Below, one piece after another: positions 1 through 9,872 of a stretch of 64,000 nucleotides of DNA. Numbering within the stretch: position 1 is the first letter of the stretch; every line of letters starts with the position of its first letter. Under the pieces are notes generated by a model, which saw only the letters and a list, made by a program, of their open reading frames with translations, was not told where the DNA came from and made no database searches. The position numbers and the translations under genes were made by a program. This stretch comes from Macrostomum lignano (Eukaryota), in the NCBI GenBank assembly GCA_002269645.1, contig NIVC01000557.1, positions 1 through 64,000 of the forward strand. Direction: 5' to 3'.

Positions 1-2997
1 CATAGACAGAGTTGTTGGCCAACTTAAAGAGGTTCTTGTCAAAGTCGTTGGTTGCTTTGGTCCTAAACTGGGTGTTCTTATCAATGTAGGGTTTCATCCA
101 CGCTTCCTCTGTAAATGTAAGAGCCCTGTGAACTTTGGTGACCCTGCAACCAAGTGAGATAAAATACTGAAGCAGTTTGTAATGGATTTTGTAACGTGTC
201 TTGTTGTTTAGATTCTGTGTTAGTTTCTCTGTATGTTCTTTTTCTGTTCCTGACAGGTGCCAAGTTCCATTATTATCATTGGGAGTTTCGATTATTTTCG
301 GGCACTTGATGTTCTCTGGGAAGGGTGGAAAGTCAGAGAAATAGTGTCGAAGCTCTGGTGGAATGTAAACATCAACTTCATAAATGGCAGCCAATGAAAA
401 GTCCCGTTTGAATTCTGATGAGGGTAACCATCGAAAATCTCTAACTGGAAGATCTTGACTCATCGCCCACCCGTAGAGATTATTAGCGTCCAAGTAAGTA
501 ATGTAGTTTGAGGGCTGCTCCTTATTGTAAGATTCAATGTAAATTGAGATCCCTCCTCGCTTTGACGATTCGACAAAATTGTACATGTCAATGTCTGTAA
601 GAAGTTCAATGTACCAATCTGGATCTTGATCCCATTTCATTTTAAGCAAAGATTCCCAGCTAGTGGCAGGCAGAGACACATAATGTGCTGGATCGAGGCC
701 ATATGCTGTGTACCAGGTGTATCTGAAGGTTTCAAACACATCAGCCAGCAGAAACACATCTGTGAAGAGGTAAAGCAGGTGATACTGGAAGAAGTTTTGA
801 CAATTAAAGTAATTATAGACATGCTTCGCGTGCTCATAGTCTTTGTCAGAGATTCCAGAGTCTGTTAGCTTTGAAAAGAACTTCTCCTGTGGTGGTAAAC
901 CTTCTTCAAATACGTGATACCCAGTAATATTTTCATAGGGGTAGAAGCCTTTCTTTCTTAAAAGTTTAAATGATTCATCACTGTTGTTAATTTTACTTGC
1001 AAACATCTTTGTATATGTACATTGTTCATCTTTTAGATTCTTGCTTAGTTCGTCTAGACTGGCAGCTAGAAATTGATATGAATCCTTCAGTCTTATTTTA
1101 CCTGTACCCGAATTATCCTGTTTAATATCAACACACTTAAACTTCTCCTTGTTCTCTGCGATGCAATCAAGGTGTATGTCTGGAATCATGCCGATTTTTT
1201 CAACTATTAAATGCATGTCATAGTTCTTTGCGTTGTGACAAAATATCGTTAGATCATGAATGTTCGATTTTAGCTTTAGATTACAGGTGTTATGCGCTGC
1301 ACCTCTAAATTTCCCAGTAAAGTGGCAGTGGTCCCTAACGGTGGGGTTTTTAATATTAGTGCAAGTTAATGTTTCCTGCAGATGTGGCAATGAGTTGCTG
1401 ATAGGAAATTGCTTTCATCCTCCTCAGTCATCATTATTGGAACAGGTTGAAGGGTGCTAATACTTTTGCAACTCTAACATTCTGGCAATAAACTGCTCCA
1501 CACACTGCTCTCCAAAGAAATAATTATACTCAACAAGTCCTTTTGTATTAATAAAGGCATATGCTACTGAATTGGGGACATGTTTTTGAGTTTGGAGGTG
1601 ATTGAGCATTCGAAATCAGCATATACAACAAATGGGAGCTTCTCCATCTTGTGATAGTTCTTAAACCGGAGATACTTCTCTTCAGCTGAAGGAAGAGAGC
1701 AGTTTGTCGGGTGATCCTCGCATGATAATTCATGCTCTGTTAGTTTTTCAAAGCGTTCAGGTCCACTGTAATGCTTAAGGCACAAGCGGCAGATGGCAAC
1801 AGCCTCGTGATGATTATTCAACTGCTTGTGAATGAGTCTTGAAAGATCTTTAATCCAAACATAGTGAGCCTCCTCTAGTAAATTACCAATCACTAGAAGA
1901 TCCACTTCAGTCCGCCTTTTCCCCTCAGGATCTAAAACGTCTTTGCTACATCTGACCGGTTGAACTTTCTCAGTTTTTTCACTCCACTCAAAGACTGTGA
2001 TTCTAATTTTGTTATTAAACACTTCTTCTAGCTTTGGGATCTGAGAGATCGCCAAGCCTCCTTTGTCAAACCTGATTCCCTTCTTTTCGCATTCGATGAG
2101 ATAGTAGTTGAAATAATTTTGATAATTTGAGGTTCTTTCGGGGTGGTGAGGACACTAAAAGTGCAGAAAGAACTGCCATAGAGCACAGCAATTGTCTTTA
2201 TTTTTAACATTTATGCAAGCTTTTTTGCCGGCTAGCTTATGCGGGAGCTCTATATAAGAGGAGGCTTTAAGTGGGTCATATTTCATGACCATGACAGTCG
2301 CTCTTTGAATCCCTCCTACGACCCATCCGGAACCTCTGGATGTAAACGCTTCAATTTTCTTAGTGACATCTTGAAGGAAAGGATCCAGTGTGTCTGTTGG
2401 GGTGAATGGCTTTGCCTTTGTTGTCATGTAATACTCGAGATGCTCAGTGGGTTTCGCAGGCATATAAAACGCAATCTTGAATGATATCTGTAGTTTAAAA
2501 GTCTTGCGTGTTTTGAGTGTGTGATCAACAACTGATTGGATGCTGTCTTTATAGTCGTAGATGTTTGCGGTGGTACCGTTGGTGTCGTTAATTGGGATTG
2601 TGTACTCTATGTAATGTTCTGTAAACTTCCTCTGTGCAAAATTAATCTCTTCAATGGCAAGCTCCGACTCTTTTAAATGGATTAATTGCTCTAATTTCTC
2701 TTGTTCCTGCTTATTTTGTGGGTACTTTGCTTTTTCACCAGTAAGAGTTTCATATTTGTTAACTAAGTTGCGACTCCTCTCTTGGTGTTCCTTTGCAGGA
2801 TTTTGCATAGGCGCATATTGGTTGGATTCTAATTGATTGATGATTTCCAACTGTTTTTCATAGCTTCCCAGGTGACCAGGGTCGGTGTTAAACTTTTGTT
2901 TACATGCTTCTCTTAGTAAATTACTTTTGTCTTGAAATGAGACGCCTTTTGAAAAATGTTTGTTGACTAAATCTTTTGCTGGATTAGCTTTTGGCAT
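1..2997 (-). pseudogene. polB: Protein-primed family B DNA polymerase (Polinton-type) with an endonuclease-VII-like zinc domain; frameshifted; C-terminus runs off the window
   Basis: Manual translation: GSGW, SSYIELP..KKACINVKNKDNCC, HYVWIKDLSRL, exonuclease YADFE, CHIC..VRDHCHFTGKFRGAAHNTCNL, HNAKNYD, RKKGFYPYE, motif A YLDANNLYGWAM (~450-500), motif B KLANNSVY(G) (1-24). Frame breaks near ~2170-2155, ~1590, ~1470 and ~1370; open from ~1350 to 1. Confidence 0.93.
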
Positions 2998-3122
2998 TTT
3001 TTTCTCTAAAATAAAAAAAAAATTTTGAGGGTGACCACCCTGATAGAAAAGTTGAACTGTTTCTACATTCTATAAGTAGCGCTAGGTTTATGAAGCTGGA
3101 TAAAGTGGGGTTTTAAACCTCA

Positions 3123-3578
3123 TCACATCCGCATTATTGTAAACCCAGCATTGTGCAGTGTCATGATAGCTTTGACAATGTCAGACTTGCTTATAGAATT
3201 TTCATGCTCACAATCATCACGATCATCACAATCGGGGCAGCCCTCTCCTGCCTTAATTGTTATACCTTTGTCTCTTGCAATCTTTTGCAATTCAAGCTGG
3301 TGGGCTCTATCATTACCAGCTTTAACAGCAGTTGCTACACCTCCAGCTACACCACCTGCGGCACTTACAGCGCCTGCAATAATCGGGATAAGAGCTGCTA
3401 ATGGTAGGATTCCTCCTAACTTTTCATCTGTGATGCTGTGTCTTTGCTCATTACACTGAACTATTTGCTGCACGGGATCGACTTTTACTTTGGCACCTTT
3501 TATTGATATAAGACCTGGTCTCTTTGATTCAATGATTTTATTGAGTTTATTGATGGTTCTGGTTTCAATCTTTGTCAT
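3123..3578 (-). CDS. Adenovirus pX-like small virion/membrane-active protein (putative)
   Basis: 151-aa intact ORF containing GG-ILPLAALIPIIAGAVSAAGGVAGGVATAV, similar to the adenovirus pX C-terminal segment (GG-ILPLLIPLIAAAIGAVPGIASVA); lies between polB and the integrase. Confidence 0.6.
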   Translation of the reverse strand: MTKIETRTINKLNKIIESKRPGLISIKGAKVKVDPVQQIVQCNEQRHSITDEKLGGILPLAALIPIIAGAVSAAGGVAGGVATAVKAGNDRAHQLELQKIARDKGITIKAGEGCPDCDDRDDCEHENSISKSDIVKAIMTLHNAGFTIMRM

Positions 3579-3595
3579 TTTTTTATTTTAATATT

Positions 3596-4633
3596 TTAAT
3601 TAATTTCTGTGTCAGCTGGTATCACTAGGAGTTCAGCTCTAGTGAATGACCGCGTGGGGGATTTAGGGTTAAAGGCTTGAGATAAAAAGTAATACTCTCC
3701 AGAGTCGGATGTAAAATGTCTGTCTATTTTATGTACATCAAGGCTGAAGTATGGATCTGTAGCTCTTCTTTTGGTGTCTTTCTCTAGCTCTCCAGGTAGA
3801 TATAAAAAGCGTAGAAACTCAGAGTTTGTCAGTATGTATGGTGATTCAACTCCTGGAAGCTGAGGGTAGTTCGAGGTGTGTTTTGTGTTGTGTGTGTTGT
3901 GTGGGGTTGTAGTATTGTTGTCTGTTCTTTGAGTTGCCTTAAGTTTGACAGTGTCTTGTTTAATTGCATGGGACGGTTTCAATCCAGTCATACGTGTGAC
4001 TTCATTGTTCAGTTGCTCTATAACAATGGGGAGTCTTTCTGTCCACTTGGTATAGTATTGCCCCGCACTCAGTTTGAGTTCTTGCGCTGTCTGTTTAGTG
4101 AATAGTCTCTTGGCTAGAGTTAGATTGAATCTTTCCACAAAAGCCTGGTCTCTGTGCAAGTTTGTTCTGCCATAGCGAATCTCTGTGTTTTTCTTTTCCA
4201 TAAGGGATTTCACTACACCCATGAATTCCTTACCCGGGTCGGTCATAAAGATTTGGGGGTATGTGAGCGGAGAGTTTTTATAAATATCTTGCAGTGCGCT
4301 GGCAACAACCTCTGACTTCTTCGTCTTGAGTGGGCGAGCTTCCTTATATCTGGAAGCAATGTCTATTACTGTGAGAGCATACTTGTAGCCTGAGTCATTG
4401 GGGAGAAACAAAAGATCTGCTTGGTGCGCTTCATTAGGTTTATAAATACTGAAATGGGGCCTTTCAAATTTTACTGGTGGGAAATAGACTTGAAAGACAG
4501 CCTGCTTAGAGAGCCATTTTTCTACTGTAGCTTTTGGTTCCTTACTCAGCTCCATGAGTTTACTAACGGCATTTTTGCCTACAAAGAAACCTTTGTCGCT
4601 GTAGTAGAGTTTTTTAAGTTTCTGATCTGTCAT
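3596..4633 (-). CDS. Retroviral-like (rve) DDE integrase of Polinton type
   Basis: 345-aa intact ORF: HQADLL (D), YALTVIDIASRY, MTDPGKEF (D), AFVERFNLTL (E; 34 residues between the second D and E), C-terminal PGELE..RRATDP; no chromodomain seen. Confidence 0.92.
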   Translation of the reverse strand: MTDQKLKKLYYSDKGFFVGKNAVSKLMELSKEPKATVEKWLSKQAVFQVYFPPVKFERPHFSIYKPNEAHQADLLFLPNDSGYKYALTVIDIASRYKEARPLKTKKSEVVASALQDIYKNSPLTYPQIFMTDPGKEFMGVVKSLMEKKNTEIRYGRTNLHRDQAFVERFNLTLAKRLFTKQTAQELKLSAGQYYTKWTERLPIVIEQLNNEVTRMTGLKPSHAIKQDTVKLKATQRTDNNTTTPHNTHNTKHTSNYPQLPGVESPYILTNSEFLRFLYLPGELEKDTKRRATDPYFSLDVHKIDRHFTSDSGEYYFLSQAFNPKSPTRSFTRAELLVIPADTEIN

Positions 4634-4663
4634 TTATTTAAAAAGAAAATTTTAAATAAAATA
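4633..4663. promoter_or_regulatory. Symmetric AT-rich spacer between divergent integrase and PLA2 start codons (candidate bidirectional promoter)
   Basis: 30 bp between the two ATGs; perfect 11-bp inverted repeat TTTATTTAAAA (4633-4643) / TTTTAAATAAA (4650-4660). Function is inferred. Confidence 0.4.
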
Positions 4664-5113
4664 ATGCAGCGCTCTGGTGGTAAGTTAGATTCACATGGAC
4701 TGATAGAAAAGCTTCCTCATCCGAACAAAGGCTGGACACTTCCCGGCTATAAATATTGCGGGCCTTTGAATCCACTTGAAATACAGCTAGATAAAAACAA
4801 TAATCCACATCCTGGGCATGAGCCTGTGAACGAGCTAGACTCTGTCTGCATGTGGCACGACGTTAAGTATAGAGATTTTCCTGAGGAGAAGAATCGCTGG
4901 GACAAAGAAATGCTTAAGAGACTAGACAATATAGGGGCTTCAAGCGGGTGGAAGGAATCGATCGCTCGGAAGCTAGTTAAAGCTGTTATTTTTAGTAAGG
5001 CAAAGTTGGGATTGGGAATGGACGTCGAGGGTGGGGTGGGTTTTGCATTGCACGCGCCAAGCAAAGAATTAGGAAGACTGCTGAAAGAGCTGGGGGTTGA
5101 GAGAGCAGAATGA
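4664..5113 (+). CDS. Parvovirus VP1u-type phospholipase A2 domain protein
   Basis: From ATG 4664 (149 aa): WTLPGYKYCGPLN (Ca-binding loop YxGP) and PVNELDSVCMWHDVKY (catalytic HDxxY). The 4421 start in the ORF track overlaps the integrase antisense and is unlikely. Confidence 0.85.
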   Translation: MQRSGGKLDSHGLIEKLPHPNKGWTLPGYKYCGPLNPLEIQLDKNNNPHPGHEPVNELDSVCMWHDVKYRDFPEEKNRWDKEMLKRLDNIGASSGWKESIARKLVKAVIFSKAKLGLGMDVEGGVGFALHAPSKELGRLLKELGVERAE

Positions 5114-5254
5114 TTCAAGTGGCTCTAGCGGTTGGAAAGAAAGCTTGTAAAGGGCGGCTATATTTTCCTTATGACATTTTGCCGTGTGGTGGGTGGGTGT
5201 TGAGCGGAACGGATATGGCAGCTGTTTATTGTCAACCATTATCCTATACTCAAT

Positions 5255-5335
5255 GTGCCGCAGATACTGCAGTATTCAATGTGAAAAGTATTCAATGTGA
5301 AAAGCAGCAGATACTGCAGTATTCAGTGTGAAAAG
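5255..5335. repeat. Short local duplication with two 12-bp palindromes ATACTGCAGTAT
   Basis: Palindrome at 5264-5275 and 5311-5322, plus repeated GTATTCA(A/G)TGTGAAAAG, in the convergent gap between PLA2 and the 211-aa ORF. Confidence 0.6.
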
Positions 5336-5394
5336 TTTTTTATGTGAAAAAGCAAGAGTCATAGCAGCAAGAATCATTAGTCACAGCAGATTAG

Positions 5395-6030
5395 TTAACC
5401 CAGGAGTGCACTGGCCTCTTCTTCTTCTAGCATCTTCAATGCCTCATCGGCATACTTAATTATTGAGCGCAGTCGATACAGCGAGATGCCACAACGATTT
5501 AGAATAGGGCGAGTGTTGCTGAGTCTTGCCACCCGGATTAAGAAATTCCCCCAAACCGGCTTAAATCGAAGCTTCATGGCAAACGCTCTATATTCCTCAG
5601 CAGACAGTACGAGCTTCATGCGGATCAGAATTTTTCCAGCCTTTATTCCGTATTGAAGTCCTTGATTTTGTAGTTCATTTATCATTTTTTCAATTTTGTT
5701 GAGCTCATTCACAACTTCTGCAATGTCGTGCCTCCCAGAGACAAATTCCACAGCCGGTTGTGGAATGACACGAGCAAGTGAATCACGGAGTAAGTTCGCA
5801 GCCTCATTGATGTGCTCCAACTTCTTTCGTTCGTCAATTCCTTCCACCCTACCAGTGATAGATGGTAGATTAATCACACACTTATTGAATCGCCTCGCAA
5901 CTTTGTTAAATTCCTCAATCCAATACTTCGATTGCTTCATGTCATCACTCTCGCACATCCTCCTTACTAAAGCAACCAAATCATCCTCAAATGTAGGCAT
6001 TGCTATGTCCATTGAAATTCTAAAACACAT
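5395..6030 (-). CDS. Hypothetical helical protein of the Polinton-like element
   Basis: 211-aa uninterrupted ORF of ordinary composition inside the element; the true start may be the second or third Met; no family recognised with confidence. Confidence 0.6.
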   Translation of the reverse strand: MCFRISMDIAMPTFEDDLVALVRRMCESDDMKQSKYWIEEFNKVARRFNKCVINLPSITGRVEGIDERKKLEHINEAANLLRDSLARVIPQPAVEFVSGRHDIAEVVNELNKIEKMINELQNQGLQYGIKAGKILIRMKLVLSAEEYRAFAMKLRFKPVWGNFLIRVARLSNTRPILNRCGISLYRLRSIIKYADEALKMLEEEEASALLG

Positions 6031-6386
6031 TGTAGGTGAAGTAAATGAAAAAAAAGCAGAACTAGTATAAGCAAATATATTAATAATTATTACCTTGCAG
6101 ATTTAAAAAATATTTAGCGCGTATATGGATACTGAATCGGGAATCAGTAGTTCTTTAGTAGGTAGAGCTCTGCTCAATACTAAGCTCTACTCTAAGATAT
6201 GGCTCTAAGAATTTTTCTCAGTGCATTATACAATAGATACAGTAGCTTCCGCGCGATCGACACTGACACGGTAACGTTGTTATCCCTGGGCGGCAAATGT
6301 GGCAGCAGCTGGTGGAACCGGTTAAAGACACAATACGCTCTCTTATACCCAGTAAGTATAAATCTATATTAACCCTGGAAGAACTC

Positions 6387-6637
6387 TGCCCTATACGATT
6401 TGCTGTACACGAAATGAGCGGGAGGAAAATCTATAGTTTACAACTCCAAGTCCAAGAGGCAAGGCCGTTCTAGCTTCTATTGTGCTACAATTGAGGCACT
6501 GGCAAGCAAGAGAGGGAGAGAGGGACGGGACGGGAGCCATGGACGGGACGGGGCTGCTAGAGTCTGGCAAGCGGGCAGAATTATAGGGCTATTGCCATAT
6601 ACAATTTGCTGTACACAAAATGAGCGGGAGGAAAATC
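6387..6637. repeat. Two 45-bp direct repeats (6387-6431, 6593-6637)
   Basis: TGCC(C/A)TATAC(G/A)ATTTGCTGTACAC(G/A)AAATGAGCGGGAGGAAAATC, 42/45 identical, in the non-coding gap between the two orphan ORFs. Confidence 0.8.
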
Positions 6638-6711
6638 AATATTCTTCTGGATCCGAATAATATCGATTTTGGATTGTGCGAGGATCTACAATATCTTGTT
6701 CTTCCTCTACC

Positions 6712-7107
6712 CTATTCATTTCCAACCGTGCAACTAGCTCGCACGTCGCGGAGGAAATTCTCGGGCGGATAGCCCTGCACACTCAGTGTCTGCTCTTTCC
6801 TCCTTATTTCCTCCTGTTTTATGTAAATATACTTGTGAATAAATGAACTTAGTATGTTTTTAGTAAACTTCAACTGCCTAATGATTTCTGCAAAGTTATA
6901 GTAGCTATCGTAATCTTTTACGTAGGTTACTCCATACTTATGAAACCAATGTCTTTGGAGAGCTTGATTAATATTAGGGACGATGATATCAACGCCGGGC
7001 CAATATTTTCTCATGTACTCGCTGCATTCCTTCTTGCATCGGTACTTACTCTTGTAATTAGGCTCGTGCGCTTTGTAATAAGAACCCGGAGAGACAACTG
7101 GAAACAT
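6712..7107 (-). CDS. Hypothetical protein (131 aa, Tyr/Lys-rich) of the Polinton-like element
   Basis: Intact ORF with the same A-rich ATG context (AAAA-ATG) as polB and the pX-like gene; no recognisable motif. Confidence 0.5.
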   Translation of the reverse strand: MFPVVSPGSYYKAHEPNYKSKYRCKKECSEYMRKYWPGVDIIVPNINQALQRHWFHKYGVTYVKDYDSYYNFAEIIRQLKFTKNILSSFIHKYIYIKQEEIRRKEQTLSVQGYPPENFLRDVRASCTVGNE

Positions 7108-7269
7108 TTTTAGAGAAAATTTAATTTTTTTTCAAAGGGTAAGGACCCTGGGTTAGGGGATTCAAAGTCTTTGGGATGCGTAGCGAATTGCGAATTGAAT
7201 GTGTGGAGAAGAATACAGATTGTTTTCTGATTGTTTCGAAGATGCTATGGGTGGATGTCAGTGGATTAT

Positions 7270-7660
7270 GTAGGACACCTGCTATGCTCTGATTCTGTCG
7301 TGGAGGAAGGAGGATAGGTTAGGAGGATTATGTTCGAAGTTTTGTAAGCGAGTGCGACACCTGTTATGCTCTGATTCAGGGATAATATGGATGGATTTAA
7401 TGGGATTATGTTCGAAGTTTTCGGAGCAACTAGGACACCTGTTATGCTCTGATTCTGTCAGGGATAATATGGATGGATTTAATGGGATTATGGAGGATGT
7501 TTTGTGAGCGAGTGCGACCCCCCTTTTTTCTGATTCTGTCGGGGATAATATGGATGGATTTAGGTGGATTATGGAGAACGTTTTCGGAGCGAGTGCGACC
7601 CCCCTTTTTTTCTGATTCTGTCAGGGATAATATGGATGGATTTAATGGGATTATGGAGGA
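7270..7660. repeat. Subterminal ~80-bp tandem repeats (about 5 copies), probably part of the Polinton terminal inverted repeat
   Basis: Core CTGATTCTGTCAGGGATAATATGGATGGATTTAATGGGATTATG starting at ~7289, 7371, 7449, 7530, 7612 (periods 78-82). Confidence 0.85.
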
Positions 7661-7702
7661 GGTGAAAAATTTTGTCCCAGAAGCCCCCTCATGCCTTCTA
7701 CT

Positions 7703-8270
7703 TGATTAGGTTACAGAGTTGAAACTTTACATTTTGACAGAGAATGAGTCAATGAAGAATTGTGTCAAGTTTGAAGTCAATCGATTTACGTAGAGCAAAC
7801 TTATGGCAGCTGAAAGTTAGTCAATTTTGAAACCCTTTTACACATCTGGGCCCAGATCGGGAAAGAGAGGCGGGCGGAGGTTGGGGTGGTTGCTAGGCTG
7901 AAAAAAACAGCCTAATTTTAAAAGTGCACAGCACCACTCAGGATTAACTTTGAGACTCGAAATTTTACATAATTGTGCCAAAATAGTTGAAGATTGTCTG
8001 TGTCAAATTTGAAGAGAATCGGTAAAAGTGGAGCGGCGCTATGGAGGATTTAGTGAAAAAATCGCGTATTTTGAGCAGTTTTTTGTACTTTTAGGTAGGA
8101 AGACTTGAGTCTAGGAAATTTAAAAGTAGCCTAAGACATTCTCCGTAGTAAGTTTAGGGTGGGTGTAAAGTTTGGTGTCATTTGGTTGAGCGGTTTGGGA
8201 GTCCATAGCGATCAAAATTGTCCACAGACAGACAGACACACAGACAGAGTTTTGATTTTTATAGTTAGAC
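7703..8270. mobile_element. Non-autonomous Helitron/Helentron-like (HINE/DINE-like) fragment
   Basis: Repeated TGTGTCAA(G/A)TTTGAAG..AATCG motifs, (ACAG)n near the end, and GCGGGCGGAGGTTGGGGTGG shared with the two downstream units. Classified by resemblance only. Confidence 0.35.
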
Positions 8271-9838
8271 GAGTGGAACTCCTCTGGAGGAGAAAGGGGA
8301 AGAACTCCCATCACCGGAATTCTGAAGGGGAAGAACTCCTATCAGCTGAAATTCCATGAATTGAATCCCATCTTCCAAATCATCTCCAAATCCTCTACAA
8401 TCTATCAACTCCCATCTCTCATCTCTTGCGCCCTGCGCTCTGATTTTTATTTTTACTCTCTTCTTTCTCCTCACTGATTACTCCTCTCTACACTTTAATC
8501 TCTCTCATCTCTGATCTTTCATCTCTCTTCTCCCTCCTCTCTCCCTTCTCTCGCTTCTCTCTCGCCTCTATTCCTACTCTTCTCGCTTATCTCTTCTCTC
8601 TCATATCTCATCTCTACTCCCTTATTTATCTCTTCTCCCTCGCCTTTCGTCTGTACCCTCTCCTGTCTACTCTCATATCTTCTCTCTTATCTCTCCCCTT
8701 TTCTCTCCTCTCTCATATCTCATCTCTACTCACTTATCTATCGTCTCCGCTCTACTTTCTCTCTTTCCTTTTCTCTCTTTCTGCTTTCATTTCTCGTATC
8801 TCTTATACGCTCTCACCCTCTCCTTTCTTATCTACCATCTTTCTTCCCTTTCTACTGCATCACCTGTCTCCTCTCCTCTCTTTTCTCTCCTCTCCATTCC
8901 CTCTTCTCTCCTCTTATCTCCCCTCATCTCTTCTCTAATCTCTCCTCTCTCCTCTCTCATATCTCTTCTCTACTCACTTATCTATTCTCTCTCCCCTTTT
9001 ACACTTTCCTATATGCTCTCACTCTCACTCTCTCCTTTCTTATATCCTGTTTTTTACACTCCTTTCTACCACCTGTCTCCTCTCGTTTCTCTCCTCTCTG
9101 CACTCTCATCTTTACCCTCTTCTTTCTCCTCACTACTTTCTTCTCTTGAATCTCTGATCTCTGATCTTTCATCTCTCTCCTCTCACCTCTCACCTCTCTT
9201 CTCTCTTTCCTCTCTTATCCCTCCTTTCTTTTCTCTCCTGTCTCCTCTCTGCTATCTCATATCTCCTCTCTCATATCCTCTCCCTTCATATCCTCTCCCT
9301 TCATCTCCTCTCTCCTCTTCTCTTTTCTCTTCCTTCGTTCCCGCCTTACTCCCCTCTTCTCTCCCATCTGTCATGTCTAATCTCTCGTCTCATTTCTACT
9401 CTGTTTTCTATCATCTCATCTCATCTCTCTTCTCTTTTCATTCTTCTCTTTACTCTCTTCTCTGACTGATTGAAGATGCCAAATCCATCAAGATCCTCTC
9501 CGCGAAGCAGAAAAATCCTGTCCGTGCAACTGAAAACCATCGAAATCCTCTCCGTGAAACTGGACTCCTTCGAAATCCTCTCCTTGAAACTTAAATCCAT
9601 CAAAATGGTCTCCATAAAACAGAAATCAATCATAAATTATCTCCGCGAAACAGAAATCCTCTCCGTGAAGCTGAACATCATCGAAATCCTCTCTTCGTAA
9701 AACTGAACACCATCGAAATCCTCTCCACGAAACAGAAATCCTCTCCGTCAAAATTAAAACATTGAAATCGTCTCTGCTAAACTGGACTCAATCGATCGAA
9801 TTTTTCCATCAAACAACTCAACTCTCCGGATTCATTGG

Positions 9839-9872
9839 TTAGGGTTAGGGTTAGGGTTAGAGTTAGGGTTAG
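9839..9872 (+). repeat. Interstitial telomere-type (TTAGGG)n, about 5 units
   Basis: TTAGGG x3, TTAGAG, TTAGGG, TTAG. Confidence 0.9.

Larger units (their letters stand above)
1..7702. mobile_element. Polinton/Maverick (adintovirus-like) endogenous element, one arm; continues beyond position 1
   Basis: Clustered pPolB, retroviral-type DDE integrase, parvovirus-like PLA2 and pX-like ORFs with short AT-rich spacers, then subterminal ~80-bp tandem repeats ending in ...CCTTCTACT (5'-AGTAG on the minus strand), resembling Polinton AG-rich termini. The right boundary is inferred. Confidence 0.85.

Noticed and set aside
4421-4663. N-terminal extension of the PLA2 ORF given by the ORF track
   Set aside because: It overlaps the integrase antisense from a TTG start; ATG 4664 gives a normal-sized PLA2 protein.
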